A stretch of 64,000 nt of DNA from Botryllus schlosseri (lineage: Eukaryota), in contig CM119371.1 in the NCBI GenBank assembly GCA_051294905.1, positions 33,234,001 to 33,298,000 of the forward strand, read 5' to 3'. The notes beneath the pieces are model-generated. The model was not told where the DNA came from, made no database searches, and saw only the letters and a list, made by a program, of their open reading frames with translations. This document shows, in pieces, positions 13,400 through 26,279 of this stretch (positions within the stretch are counted from its first letter, which is position 1; every line of letters starts with the position of its first letter). A program made the position numbers and the translations under genes.

Positions 13400-14696
13400 C
13401 AGGGGTGTCAAACTCAAATTGCATCGCGGGCCGGATCGAAGTCATGAAATCGCTCGCGGTCCGGACCAGTCAACGGAATCCATAATGTTGCCTCGTGCGA
13501 TTGCTTCTCGCTGGAATACTTTATTATCAAGCATATATAGATAATACACGGATCGTAGGGGTATTTCATTCTAGCTAGTCGCAACACCATTATTTGCGAG
13601 CAATGAAATTGGCGAAAATACGATGCTTGTCCGGTTGAATACAATGGCATTACCGGCGATACAAGTAGACATATTTCAGTGTTCCCTTTGCTTTAGTCCA
13701 AGGGTGGCCAACCTGCGGCCATAAGAGGGAATTTGTGCGATCGTAGACACGCAATTCAATTAGTATGTGTTGGCGGCCGTAGACATGCAATTCGAATTTA
13801 CGAATTGACTTCCAATTTCTTGAAAGATCTTAATTAATCTTGAAATTTTCTTCGCGCTGCGCGCGATTCAATGCGACTACATTTTTCGATTTTAATATAG
13901 TAGCACCCTTTGCAATCAGAGCCCCACAATACAGATGCGAACATCAATGGAAAATGATGCACCTCACATGGAAATATCAGCTCGGAATCGTGTGCTCCTC
14001 ACTATACTAACAATCCTGATGGGAGGTCAAGAAATAACAGCTTGCTACAGAGTGACTAATACCAATTGGCCCACCCAAAGATGCATCATAATTTATAACT
14101 TGCTTTAAATTTTCGAAAACACCCCTACATCAACTCTATACCAGTGAATCTGATCACACGGGATGAGAAAGGATAAAAGTTTGATAGCAATATGTAAAAC
14201 TACTAATATCAATGACGAAATTCATTGGTGAATCTGAATTTTTTTCGCGCTCGGCGCGACTATGAGCACTTCCTTCCTTAACATTACCAGTGACCACTCG
14301 CGATTTATGTGCGCATAGTAAGCCTACCATTAAATAGATTAGTCCGGAGTTTACCAGAAACGGACATAGACACTTTAACCTGGATATTTAGAGTCCAGCT
14401 CGTTCATTACGACTATGCCCTGGAATGCGGCCGTAGGCTACACGAGTAGTCGAAATGTGAATGGCAAAAAGGTTTGCCACCCCTGCTTTAGTCATAATCT
14501 AGCGTTATCCCTGCGTATGCGTTGTGATGAATACAAGATATTTAACTGTCAACGCGGACTTTGTAATTTGGTTTATTACTGTGGATGTGATGGATAATAT
14601 AATCTTTTTTCAATGTACTCAGAATCGCTATGCGGGCCGGATAAAATCGTCTGGCGAGTCGGATCCGGCCCACGGGCCGTATGTTTGACATCCCTG
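13400..14696 (+). mobile_element. Nested hAT MITE (level 2)
   Basis: TIRs CAGGGGTGTCAAAC...GTTTGACATCCCTG and TSD GCCTAGTT on both sides. A relative lies at 53540-54447. Confidence 0.92.
13699..14485 (+). mobile_element. Nested hAT MITE (level 3)
   Basis: TIRs CAAGGGTGGCCAACC...GGTTTGCCACCCCTG and TSD CTTTAGTC. Relatives lie at 21261, 56290 and ~59020-59276. Confidence 0.92.
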
Positions 14697-15894
14697 GCCT
14701 AGTTTAATAGAATTTGTTAATACACCTCGCATAGGTCAAATACGTGAGTATGACGTCATAAATAGTGGAAACGCGCGTAACTTATACAGGTGGTACGCGA
14801 GCACTGCATAAAACCTCAAAATGGTACGTGGGTGGAAAAAGGTTGGGAACCACTGCGCTAAAACAACGGCCCTGACAAAAGATACAAGGCAGTGATTTTT
14901 TCCTGCATCGTAATATAGTTTCAGCCAATCGTAACATGCTTTGTGAGGAACACTGAAGGTCGAAAAGCTTTTAGCGAATAAATTAACAATATGAAGTTAT
15001 TGTTTCGCATTAAACATTTTATAATACTCAAACTTGCTTCACGCATTGGATTAAATCATTCTGCGGATCGCATGTCCGACGCTGCTATGACCCGTCTATC
15101 AAGCGTCTGGATCCCTGAAATTCAAGCCTCATTCCATTGATGGAATAATATCGCCCTGGTAGAAACCTATTTTTGGCAATATTGACTTATGTTATTGGGC
15201 ACTGGTGAGTAGTTTGCATTTATACAAACTTACATATCAGATCCTAGGCCCCATGTGGTTTTAGTGCGCATGATACCATGGTATAGTGCAACATGAGTCG
15301 TATTTAGCGTAAAGACGCCATAATAATTCCCCTGTTTGTGGATATGCACTGTATCTAGTTATTAACCGAGCTTGATTCTTCTCTTGTTGTACTATTATAT
15401 GGGCCGGTAATAATCGTAGAATTAATATCCCCCAGCAATTTGGGAATTATATATTTCGTACTCCGTGTAAAGGCCTCAAATACAACGAAAATCACGATCA
15501 TCACTGTGAGCAGTATATTCATTAATTATTTATAGCGATCCGACATAAGCAAGCGCAAAATAACAGCCCATCCTGCAGCGCATATTGGGGAATTAGGATA
15601 TTACAGCTTTGCAGCATGACGAAGCTTACGATCGTCACCGCGAACGGAATATTCATCAATTATTTATAACGATCTCCAGTAGCGAGCAAACTAGAAAACA
15701 AAAGATTATCGACACGCGATTATTGCATGCGTGATTTCTGTGCTAAATTACCTAAATATTCTCAAGTTTAGCCGTTATTCTAGAATTTGCACAAGTTGGT
15801 GAGCAATATTCGTATTGGCCGATAAATTCCATCGGCTCATATTATTCACACTCATGATTATTCTTCCACTGCGGTCACTGCTGTCCCAAACACG

Positions 15895-16110
15895 TCAATG
15901 TCCCCTTCACCTCGGAATCAAAAGCGCACAAGCACAGCACACGCGCGTCCAGCACGCCGCCCAAACATCACATGGTCGACCGAAAAGATCATCGCTCCAT
16001 CAAGCATGCCGGACCTGACGTGCGGAATAGCATCCCGCCGGCCATCCGACACCCGACGAGCATGCCTGCACCCAAGTCGAAACACAAGCAATCACCACTA
16101 AATAAACACC
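15895..16110 (+). mobile_element. CR1/L2-like LINE ORF2 3' fragment
   Basis: MVDRKDHRSIKHAGPDVRNSIPPAIRHPTSMPAPKSKHKQ is a diverged match to the LINE C-terminus at 49536-49787. Confidence 0.8.
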
Positions 16111-16849
16111 AGTCCAGGTGCCGGCAACCTTTCGTATGCAGCATGCCAAAATATCTTATATGATCTCTCCATTATCAAATGTGCGCGCAAACGATCGGTA
16201 TCATTAATTTCACCGTTGTCTTCCATAATATGAGGCAGTTCAGTGTAATGTGAAGCCGTTGAGCTAGTTCTTGTGAGGTTTTGGCTCGTTTCAGTTTTGG
16301 CTGATTGACGCCCCATGTGAGAAGAGGTATTGCGCTTATGTCATGATTGGACGAGACCTAACGAAGTCCCGGATATCCTTCTTCAGATAGCTTATTACCA
16401 ATGCACCTTCTCTCCTATTCCGGGCTTTAAATTTATCTGTTCCGTATATAGTACAAATAATCTTGAGCCCCGGCCAAATTGCGGCCCACGTGAAACATAA
16501 ATCAATACATACTGCATCACATCACATCTCAAATCCCGTGTTCCCTACTGATGACGGCTTATTTCCGGGCGTTTAGTATACTTGACCCGAATTTTCTTCC
16601 CGTTCCTTTTCCATGAGTTTCCTGTGTTGTCTCTCAACACATTCTATTTAGTAGCCCGACTATCATTTCTCCTTCAGTCTACCGATATATTTTCGGAGGA
16701 CTTTTGTCACTTCAGGTGGCGTTAATATTACCAACTCGCATGGAAGAGTCCTGGAGTCCTGTCTGGCAAAACGAGACTATGCAGCTCAGAAATAGCCAGA
16801 CAGTTTGTTGCGTCACAATGTTCAACTTGATCACAATGCAAAAATCGTG

Positions 16850-17058
16850 GTTGATTTTGGGGGTTCCAGTTCCATGAGCAGAATATAATTTATATTTAAA
16901 TAATCAGTACTGCAGCAGCTTCTCATTGATACCCGTTTTATCAAATTTAGCGCTCGACAAGCCGGTCAAAAATGGCTGTAAAATTGCCTTTGGACAAATG
17001 GAAAGTATGACGTAAACCAAATGCAGTCAGCCGTTCAATCTCGCTGTGCCCACACCAT
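16850..17058 (+). repeat. Dispersed repeat of unassigned family; second copy at ~55195-55378
   Basis: Both loci share GAGCAGAAT..ATTTATAT..ATCAGTAC..GATAC.CGTTTTATCAAATTTA..GCTCG.CAAGCCGGTCA..ATTGCCTTT.GACAA..CCACACCA. Confidence 0.75.
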
Positions 17059-17176
17059 TTAGGACACCATGCTTTCACCGCTAAGGGGTGAGCTGGACCC
17101 AGATTAAGAAACCTGCCTTTCTCGCTTGTAACGCGGTCCTGTTAACACAGCACCATCAACGAAATACACTATTTGG

Positions 17177-17291
17177 CAGGCCGTGTTATTTTTGGCATAT
17201 GCCAAAAATTGCTTATTTTTGGCATTTTCAAATTTTTATTTTTGGCAGTTTTGGCATCTGGCTCCTGAAATGCCAAGAATAACACGGCCTG
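17177..17291. mobile_element. 115-bp MITE
   Basis: TIR CAGGCCGTGTTATT(T/C)TTGGCAT at both ends, internal TTTTGGCA repeats and a possible 2-bp GG TSD. Confidence 0.8.
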
Positions 17292-19299
17292 GGGATCGGT
17301 AGCACGTTTCACTCGGTTTCGATTGTCCAATTGTTAGCGAATAGTGCACGAAGCAGATTCGTTTGTGCCTCACCTGCACTGCCTCACTTGCCTCATTGGA
17401 CCGCACGTCACTGGATAAGGTATTACATCACATTGCCTATACGGCTATACATGATAATAAAATATGACTGAGAATCGTAAAATTGGACTAGGACGTGATC
17501 TTTCGTAGAATTACTCTGGCTCGAACTGAATCGGTGAAAATCAGGGCTTCATAGTCACAGCAGGAACCAGAGATATATTAATCAACGATTATCGTGAATT
17601 CAGCTTGCTGCAGTATCATAGAACCCATTGTAACTAAGTACTCTTGCAGGAAAGACAACACTATAGTATAGGGGCAGGAACCTATTTACGGCTCGCGAGC
17701 CATTGATGGCTCTTTTGAGATCCGGCCCGCGGACAGTTATTCGTCTTACATGATAATGTGGCCCGCAGCCCCAGTCTGCCGAGGTTATCCACTACTTGCT
17801 TACTACGTCAAATTGTAGTGACTGTATGTTATTATTTACGTGCGAGAGTGGAGCTTACGCGTAAGGTCGTCGAACCGAGAAGACTTGCAATATAGGCATT
17901 TACGATCTACTCAACCCTAATCTCGTTTGTGGTACACATGGTGTTTGTCGATTACAATGATCATTTACATCAGTCTGATATATCTTATTTTGAATCCTTA
18001 ACCGCCGACTTGTATCACAGCACACTTCTAGGCTTTCGTAAGACACCGCTTATGCAAGGGGTCGCCAACTCAAAACGGGTCGCGGGGAACTTTTCAAATT
18101 TCGTGGAGGACGCGGGCCGGATGAATTCAATATCGAAATTAATTAGGCCGCACATTTAAACAACGACGCCATCTCGTCACCTACTCAAACCTAATAAATT
18201 GATATCTTGGTAAATTTGGGGTACCGAGCTTATCGAACGCCTTGACATCTTAATTAAGGATTGCACCGTGTGTTCATTGATCAGTTGGAGGCAGACATGA
18301 CGGCGTCTGTGTGACAATGCTGTTCTCAAATCCACATTGTATTCATCATTATCAGCGAGAAATGACTGTGAAGTGACATTGCTGTCGTTAGAGTACATTC
18401 ATTAAATACGATTTACTCCTTGTATACATGGATAAATGGGCGAATAATGTATCGATTCAGCAATCCAGCCCGCCAAGTACCTAATTTTCCTATATCCGGC
18501 CGGCCGACTGAAGAAGTTCCCCGCCCCTGGTTTACGTCATTGTTTCATTGTATCGAAATAATGTGGTGTATCGATCTGAATAAATTATTAAAATTAATCT
18601 GAACTTATGTCGGCAGGATCTCTGAACAGTATTTGCGTATTATGATGGAGCTAAAAAACCCGTACACACTGGTAACGTGATGCAATTCGACGATTGATGG
18701 GGTTGGATGTGTTTACCATGGTTATGCTGTTCTTTGAAGGTTTGTCCGCCTGGCGTCATTAGCTTTGATCGTAATCCGAACCGATTTGAAGAAAAGAAAC
18801 ACGGAAAACACCCAATACGTGTTTGTATCAGGCAGATAACGAATTCTCTGGATTACGCCTGGTGGCAACAAGAGGCGTACATAAAAAATAGAATGCCTGC
18901 CACAATAGGGGTTCTGTTTGTTGGCATGAATCCTTCGCCGTATATGCCGTCTGGAGTGAGTATATGCTTTGCTTACTTCATATATATCAGTGGTTCTTTA
19001 ACTTTTCCCTGGACTATAGTAAATAATCACCCTAGAGATCATGGCCCACAGGTTGGGAACCCGTGCTCTAGATTAGTGGATCTCAAACTTTTTCCCCTCG
19101 TGGACCGGCAAAAATTGCGAAAAATATGTGGCAATGAACACCACGTATAACTTGCAAAAGCATAGCACAACATTAAGATTTTTGAATCAGTATTGACTCG
19201 ATTACATGGACACAAGTTAACCGTTCAGCCGTTGTCATAGTTGTATTTATCGACTTATGGGAATATATATAAATAATTCAGGCTTAAACGATTTTTCTT

Positions 19300-19846
19300 C
19301 CCGGGTTTTAATTGATGTTTCCTGATTACTCTCACCTAGAAACTTCCAAAAATCAATATAGTTCAATCCAAACTTTGGTTGGTGGTTAGGAGAGTGATTT
19401 TTTGAATTTGTTAGTATGTGCAATATTGTGCATGGTTATACTGATTTACCCTATGGGAAATTGATATTTACCAAACTGACTTCGATCGCTGGTACATGGT
19501 ACATGGGAATTTGCACATACCTTTATTAACTGTATCCGAATCAATGTTAAATGCAAAACTAAATAAATATTTCAGGCTAAAACAGTGCATGTACAAAATC
19601 AGGTAAAAATGCGATGTTTCGCTGGATTTCATCCTGTAACACGATTTCAGTTCCCAGGTTTTAATTGATATTTCTCGATCTGTCGCACCCGAAAACTTCC
19701 AAAAATCAATATAGCTCATTCCAAATGTTGATTTTATGGTTGGGAAAGTATTTTTTTTCAATTTGCTAGTATGTGCAATATTGTGCATAGTTATACTGAT
19801 TAGCCCAATTGGAAAAGTATATTTACCAAACTGTCTTTGATAGCTG
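19300..19846. repeat. Diverged ~190-bp direct duplication (19300-19491 and 19653-19846); 19495-19585 also repeats at 20072-20168
   Basis: Shared GGTTTTAATTGAT..AAACTTCCAAAAATCAATATAG..TAGTATGTGCAATATTGTGCAT..ATATTTACCAAACTG. It lies downstream of the Chapaev-like gene, probably as its subterminal region. Confidence 0.8.
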
Positions 19847-20180
19847 CAAGACCATTTTTAATCGCTTGGCATCGACTAAAAAGTCATATTCTATCAACGT
19901 TTTTACTAAATATTTTGACACGTTAGTGGTAGGCTGTCGATTGCTTTTTCACACAGCAAATTAGAACCAACTTTTGGCTATTTCTCTGTCTGGCATAGGG
20001 TTAATTCCTGCTTTGCATAGGCAACGAATTAGAACTTTTGTTATTAAAATCAAATCACAAAGCATAGGCATTTGGTACATGGAAATTTGCACATAAATGT
20101 CTTAATTGTATCCGAATCAATACCATCGTTAAATGCAAAACTAAATAAATATTACAGGCTAAAACAGTTCGAGCATGAAA

Positions 20181-20900
20181 TTATTGAAAATGGGATGATT
20201 TCCGGGATTTTCTTTTGTACTCTACAACTCTACTTTCCCTCATTAAGGCCCAGACAAAATCTCCCATCATGCTTTCATTATATTACCCTTGGTATCTCAT
20301 TTCAAAATATTTTATGTCTTGATGTAATCGCTCCCCTTGTTCTTCTGAATGAGCTCCCATATTATATTTGAACTCGTCCAAGTGAGCATCAAGCATATGT
20401 GGTTACATAGACATTCTGCACCCCATGTTTCCTTACGACTTAAACAAATTGGCAACGACATCGGCATAGTTATATTCCTTATTGCCCAAGAACCCATTCA
20501 CCACACCCACAAAGCTATTCCAGGCCTTCTTTAAAACATGATTAGGAATTTGGATAAAAATCATTTGACGTGAAAATATTTTTAATTTGTCGGCCAATAA
20601 ATACACCAACTTCTACTTTAGCTACTGATAGTTCAGAAAACAAGTTCGGGAGAATCTGGAATGTGTCGGTACCTTTATCCAATGCTTTCACAAATTGCTT
20701 TATAAGGCCAAGTTCTACGTGAATAAGAGGCATAAGCATTTTGTTTGGGTTAATCAACAGAGTTTACTTTACGTTTTTCTCTTCAACAAAAAAAATCGTT
20801 TCGTTTTGGCCATGTTTGCTTTTTATAGTGCTCTGTGGTAGCCCTACCCTCGCAAAAGAAAGGTTCCAAGGATACATGGTGAACCCCTCCTTGCATAGCT
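20181..20900 (-). pseudogene. DNA transposase fossil, probably CMC-Chapaev-like
   Basis: MQGGFTMYP..RATTEHY; NPNKMLMPLIHVELGLIKQFVKALDK..VAKVEVGVFIGRQIK; AWNSFVGVVNGFLGNK; MGCRMSM*PHMLDAHLD..SEEQGERLHQDIKYFEMRYQG..MMGDFVWAL. Multiple stops. The family name comes from recalled motifs. Confidence 0.75.
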
Positions 20901-21260
20901 TCGACAGTAGCCGAAAGCTCGGTGCGCTGGGTAGCTGTTGTTAATTGCTGGCAAACTGCACTGCGTAAGACAGACTATAGGATGTAATATAGGTTGCACG
21001 GTTTCGCCTTCAGTTAAGCTACCCTATATCAACACAATTTAACTCAATTCCAAAACTGATCAAATTGAGCATGGCAGTACAGAACGAGGCCTTGTTCTCT
21101 GTAGTCACTACCAGCATTAGGAATAGTGTCAGTGCAACCTACCTTGTTCAATGTTTCTTTGCTATTTTCAAACAAGTTGGGGGTAATTTGTCAGAAATGT
21201 TAAAGACTGGAATACGGATTCAAACTTGGCGTAAGACATACCATATGTATGCTATTAGAT

Positions 21261-23075
21261 CAGGGATGGGCAACCTGCTAGCCGTAGAAGGAAATTTTTG
21301 CGGATTTCGACACCTTATTCAATTAGCATGTGTTAGCATCCGGCGACATGCAAATTGAAATTACTAATTCACTCCCAATCTTTTTAGAGATCCTAATTAA
21401 TCTTGAAATTTTCTTCGCGTTCCACGCAATTCATCATAACTTATTTTTTTGATTCTAATATAGTAGCGCCCTTCTAGATCTAAGCAGGAATCAGAAACGT
21501 GTGCTCCTCACGGAAGAAATTTTTTTATGGTACATTTGGGCAATTTCAATATATTTCCACTACCGATACGATGGACAATCCTGATCGGGGCCAAGAAATA
21601 ACAGCATGCAACAAAGTGCATGACTAATAACAATTGGCCCACACGAATATGCATTATCATGTATAACTTGCCCTAAATTTTCGAAAGCACTCCCTCCATG
21701 TACCTACCGGTGAATCTGATCACATGGGCTGAAAAAAGATAAATATTTGACAGTAATATGTGATACTGCTACTATTACTTACGGTATTAATTCGTGAATC
21801 TAGAAAATTTTCGCGCTCCGCTCTTCATGAAAATATGGATTCCCCATCTCATAACATTGCCACTCGCGATTTCGGTGCGTACAATAGGCCTTCGTGGAAA
21901 GTATAATAGTCCGGACCTCCGGATATGGACAGATTAACATAGCCCAGGGGTGGGCAAACTACGGCCCGCGGGCCGCATGCGGCCCGCCACACCGTTCTGT
22001 GCGGCCCGCGAGAGTCTAAAGAAACTTTTTAAAAATATTGATAAAATCCGTACTAAACATCGAATTAATGCAGGGACTTCATTAAACTTTTTTTTAGTAT
22101 ATTTCACCATGATAATTCGAAGACAGTGCTTCTAAAACTAGGGTACGCCCTCTCTCCACTGAAAAAATTTTTCGCGCTCGGCGCGATTCTCATTCACGTC
22201 ATCATTATTGTTCTGTATTTCGTTTCAATTTCATATTTAAAAATTCGTGATCCACATTCGTAACCCTCCGTGCCATCAAACTATCTGTTAGGTTGCTAGC
22301 ACCCTAGTTGCGTTTTGTGATATGACGATAAGGGTGCCGCGAAATTTTTCACCATCACAAGGGGGGGGGGAAGGGCGTGTCTCAAAAAAATTGATAGTAT
22401 AGCTGTTCTGATGTAAATACTTCCTTACATTATTATTAATTTCTGGGGCGACATCTCGATCTGAAGGCGCACGCAGTTTGAAAGGTTTCAACTACTAAAC
22501 ATCACAGAAATCCTAAACAAGATTGACATAATTCGGATGACGAGTGGGATTTCATATTGGCCACTTCATTGCAGTTTTAATTATTTCAGTGATGTGCGTA
22601 TATAAACGATTTGCGCGTGTCTTAGGTAGATTCGTTCTCTGTATGCGTAGAATTGGGGTATTTATATTTTATCTACACATCGTAGATGCGTGTTTGAAGC
22701 TAACATGGTTATGATGCTGTCAGTATTGTGGAACTGAGCCAAAAGTGGAATTAGTGAATCTATGAACAGATCGCTGCTCATAGATTTAAATTGCAATCCT
22801 GTTCTAAGAATCAGGACAAACGACTTTCATCTCTATAATTTTGACAAATTGGTTATTGAGCTCGACCAGCCTATGAAATCTCGCCACTATGTTTCTGACA
22901 TGTGTATGATATCAACAAAGCAATGTCTGTTTTGTTTTAAATAGGAACATATATAATCTCCACGTCCTCACCATATAATCTCAATTTTATATAATGCGGC
23001 CCGCGAATGGATTTAGATGTTGAATGCGGCCCGCGAGCTCAAAAGTTTGCCCACCCCTGACATAGCATATCTCTA
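21261..23075 (+). mobile_element. hAT MITE of the level-3 family, right part deleted, hosting another MITE
   Basis: Left TIR CAGGGATGGGCAACC and TSD TATTAGAT (21253-21260 and 23076-23083). The body matches 13699-14485 and 56290-57039. Confidence 0.8.
21945..23059 (+). mobile_element. Nested hAT (Charlie-type) MITE
   Basis: TIRs CAGGGGTGGGCAAACT...AGTTTGCCCACCCCTG, TSD ACATAGCC/ACATAGCA and GCGGCCCGC subterminal motifs. Confidence 0.9.
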
Positions 23076-26000
23076 TATTAGATGATGTGCTCTTTTTGAC
23101 ATGACGATAAGTGCAGGGGGCGCAATTTTTTTGACCAAAGCAGTGCATATAGCTGTATCCGATATGTCTGCCAAGGCAGGGCACAACAATTGTATTCTCG
23201 TCGTCCGAACCGCCATCTACGATGTCCAAAATATCCATACTACGTCTACGGACAGTAATAACAGTATCAGTTTGCAATGCCGTCTTTAGAACTTATAACT
23301 GTGAATAAACTACAGAGTAATATGCATTAAAGCTGCAGAGTGGCTTCAAATCAATTTCAGGAGTCTACCTAGGAAACGACGGCATTCATAGCACATGACC
23401 AAAATCGACGACATTTCCAATCACTCAATCAGCATTGCCAAAGCTATATTTGCTACGAAGTCGATGGGTTGACATGGCAACCTTCCACGGATCACTACAT
23501 TTTGCGCCATTTTGACGCAAAAGCGTCCTACATCCTGGATTTGTAGATCTACTAACTTTGCACGAACATCACAAGTTTTGGCGTGCGGATCATCTACTTC
23601 TAAATCGGGAGATCTTGGAACTCGCAGATTAAGCGAAAATCCAGGATGTTTTTACTCAGCTTTTTGGCCTCCACCCTAAGGGATTTGTTACATAGCCACT
23701 GATCATGATAATCCACGTGGTGACTATGACTGAGATTCAGCGATGTTACTGCTTCCAGAAAATCAGCGTTATAAATCAGGGTACTGTAAATCGTATTGCT
23801 ACTTTGGGATGTCCCACAAATTCTGGCTGTAACATATTATCAACTTATTTAAAGCAAGAATATAGATCCTATGTACTTACGTATATAAGCTCACTCCTCG
23901 ATACTTATAAGAAAATGTTATTAAAGTTGCAGTTTAGATGTGATGTTTTTATGAGTGTTCGTGATCTGCCGAACTCTCGTCTGCAGTGTTGTCCTGTTTT
24001 TGTGATTTTGTTGTTGAAGATTAAATACTGGGCATTTGCCTATATGTTTACTGTTCAACAGAGGCATATACCGTAGCAATAACTCTTCCTTCAATGATAG
24101 ATGGATGAACAAGAACAGTGAGCAATATTTCTATATTACTGCCTTTTCACCAATATCCCTATTTACTCATCGTGTCGATGCCTTGAATCTTATTTGTTGT
24201 GGACGTTCTAGGCATAGCACGTCTACAAAGGCATATATTGTGATATCGCCATTATCGTTTAGATTGGGAAATTGCAAACACCGTTTCTAGGTAACAAGTT
24301 TTATGCAGATATTCTTAAGTTCGATGGACGCGTCGATGACTTGAATCCTATTCGTAGTTATTTTTTCTATGCGTTATAGGCGTAAAACATCTACAAAAGA
24401 ACAGAACATAGATTACAATAACGCCCATGGATTTGTGAACCGAGAAACTGTTTTAATCTTACATTTTTGCCACTATTCCTTTGTTCATTCTTCGCGTCGT
24501 TTTAGTCAATTCGTGGGTATTATAGGTATAAAACGTTTACAAAGGTATATAATTATAGGGCGTGACAGTAACGCTATCTTCGATGATAGATCTCTGAACC
24601 TCAAACACTGTTTCTAAGTTACAACTTGTCGCCAACACGCCGTAAACGTTCGTTTTCTTGTGTCGATACGTAGTGTATGCTATATAACAAAAAGAAAACG
24701 CTTCGTTAGACGCGAAAAGGAAACGAATGAATGCGACAACCGTTTCAACAGTAGCAAACGGTTTAAATCCTCGTACGTCATGTGAACAATGAAGCTTCCT
24801 CGCCGATTTCTCTGCCACTACCAAGAAATCGATATTCGGTATCAAACAACACATTCCCCCTTCGATCAAATCGCATATCACGAGGTTGCATCAAAATAAG
24901 ATGATTGTTTACGAAGACAACATGGCCATAACTGAAATGTCTTCCATCGAAAAAAAATCTGCTGTAAAACCTCACGCGTGCTCCCAAATCATCATGAGGA
25001 CATGTTTAGTATTGGCAGAGCGTAGTATAATTTAGAGGCTTTTACAGTTGTCTGTTCTTGAGTCCATCGTCATCACTATGTGCGTCAACCAAGTCTAACA
25101 TAAATAATTGGTGTATCATAAAATAATCGTACATTACCTTGTGTTATTCTTTTCGTGCCTGTGTTATAGCTATATCGTATTTTTAATTTTGTATTTTACT
25201 CCTCTGCGTTAAGTCATATTTAGCATTATTCATTCTCGTAAGCAAAGTTTGAATCCTCGCATTATATGTGACGCTAACACCTGTTGAGTGTTAACTCGAG
25301 AAGCTTCGGGAAAAATATGAATATATCATTCAAATGTATGAATTTTGCATACCATCGTGACGAGGATAGGACGGTAATATACAACCCATTTCCTAGTGAC
25401 GTAACTATACGTGGCGACTGCCGTAAGGCCAGGACACGCCATATAGTGGCGTGGTGGCTGGTTAGCGCTTAATTACTGATCAGAACCACTTAATTACTTA
25501 CCAGAAGCATGTTCTATTCGAACTTTTTAGACAGTAGAAGTACATTAGAAAATGTACCCTGGGTTCGGTAAAGTCTTATCCGCTCACACCCATCGGCTGA
25601 CATTTTGAGTCATTACAACTCCGTGCAGAGTGCCACTGGTACAGTCGAAAGTCGATTAGATCTAGATTAGCCATATTTGGGGATCCGTGAAGGGCACTCT
25701 TTACAACTTATGAAATCGCCAGTCCTACTCCCGAAATACCCGTTATTACATCCGCATCGTTTATAACGTCTTTTGGAAGTGCCCGTCCATTAGTCTGACT
25801 ATCGAAGCGATAAAGGAGGATAAATTCCCAAAAAAGAGGATATTTAGGCGTCCTCGTAGGAGATTTCGATTTCCTCGAAAAGGAGGACAAATCCTTCTAA
25901 AGAAGGACATATGGTGACGCTATAAAATCACTGCCAGTATATTAGATGTTTGTCGTATATGTTCAGTTGTGTATCGTTCTATAAACACATAAACCGTCTA

Positions 26001-26119
26001 CAAAGGCATTGAACGTGACGTTGTCTCTTTATTCAAAATCCGTGAACAGCAAAACACCGTTTCTATGTTGCACATATTTCGCTATTTTGACATATTCCTT
26101 CTCCGCGTCTATGTCTCAG

Positions 26120-26279
26120 ATCCTGTTGTTGATGATTCATTTGGGATCGCCTGCGGCATCATAGTGGCAGCGGGGAAGGGAATTTTACAAAAAGTCAAGC
26201 TGAACCTCTTTACTTTGCCTAATATTGTATTGCTTCTCGATAATTATGAGATATCACGTGATTCGGTTGGAAGTACATC
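26120..26279 (+). pseudogene. Candidate exon (phase 1 to 2)
   Basis: Pyrimidine-rich acceptor ..TATGTCTCAG and donor GTAAAT. Reads PVVDDSFGIACGIIVAAGKGILQKVKLNLFTLPNIVLLLDNYEISRDSVGST. Confidence 0.5.

Larger units (their letters stand above)
12941..14855 (+). mobile_element. Non-autonomous hAT (Buster/Charlie) composite element, copy 1
   Basis: TIRs CAGTGGTTCCCAACC...GGTTGGGAACCACTG and perfect TSD CGCTAAAA. It carries a transposase 3' remnant and two nested MITEs. Confidence 0.95.

Noticed and set aside
13414..13650. 78-aa ORF conserved in two copies (also 62234-62470)
   Set aside because: It is conserved only because it lies inside the duplicated MITE, and it has no protein features.
16200..16340. 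Ankyrin-like phrases (YLFSHGASI, GFTLH) on the minus strand
   Set aside because: Several stops and wrong spacing; too weak to call.
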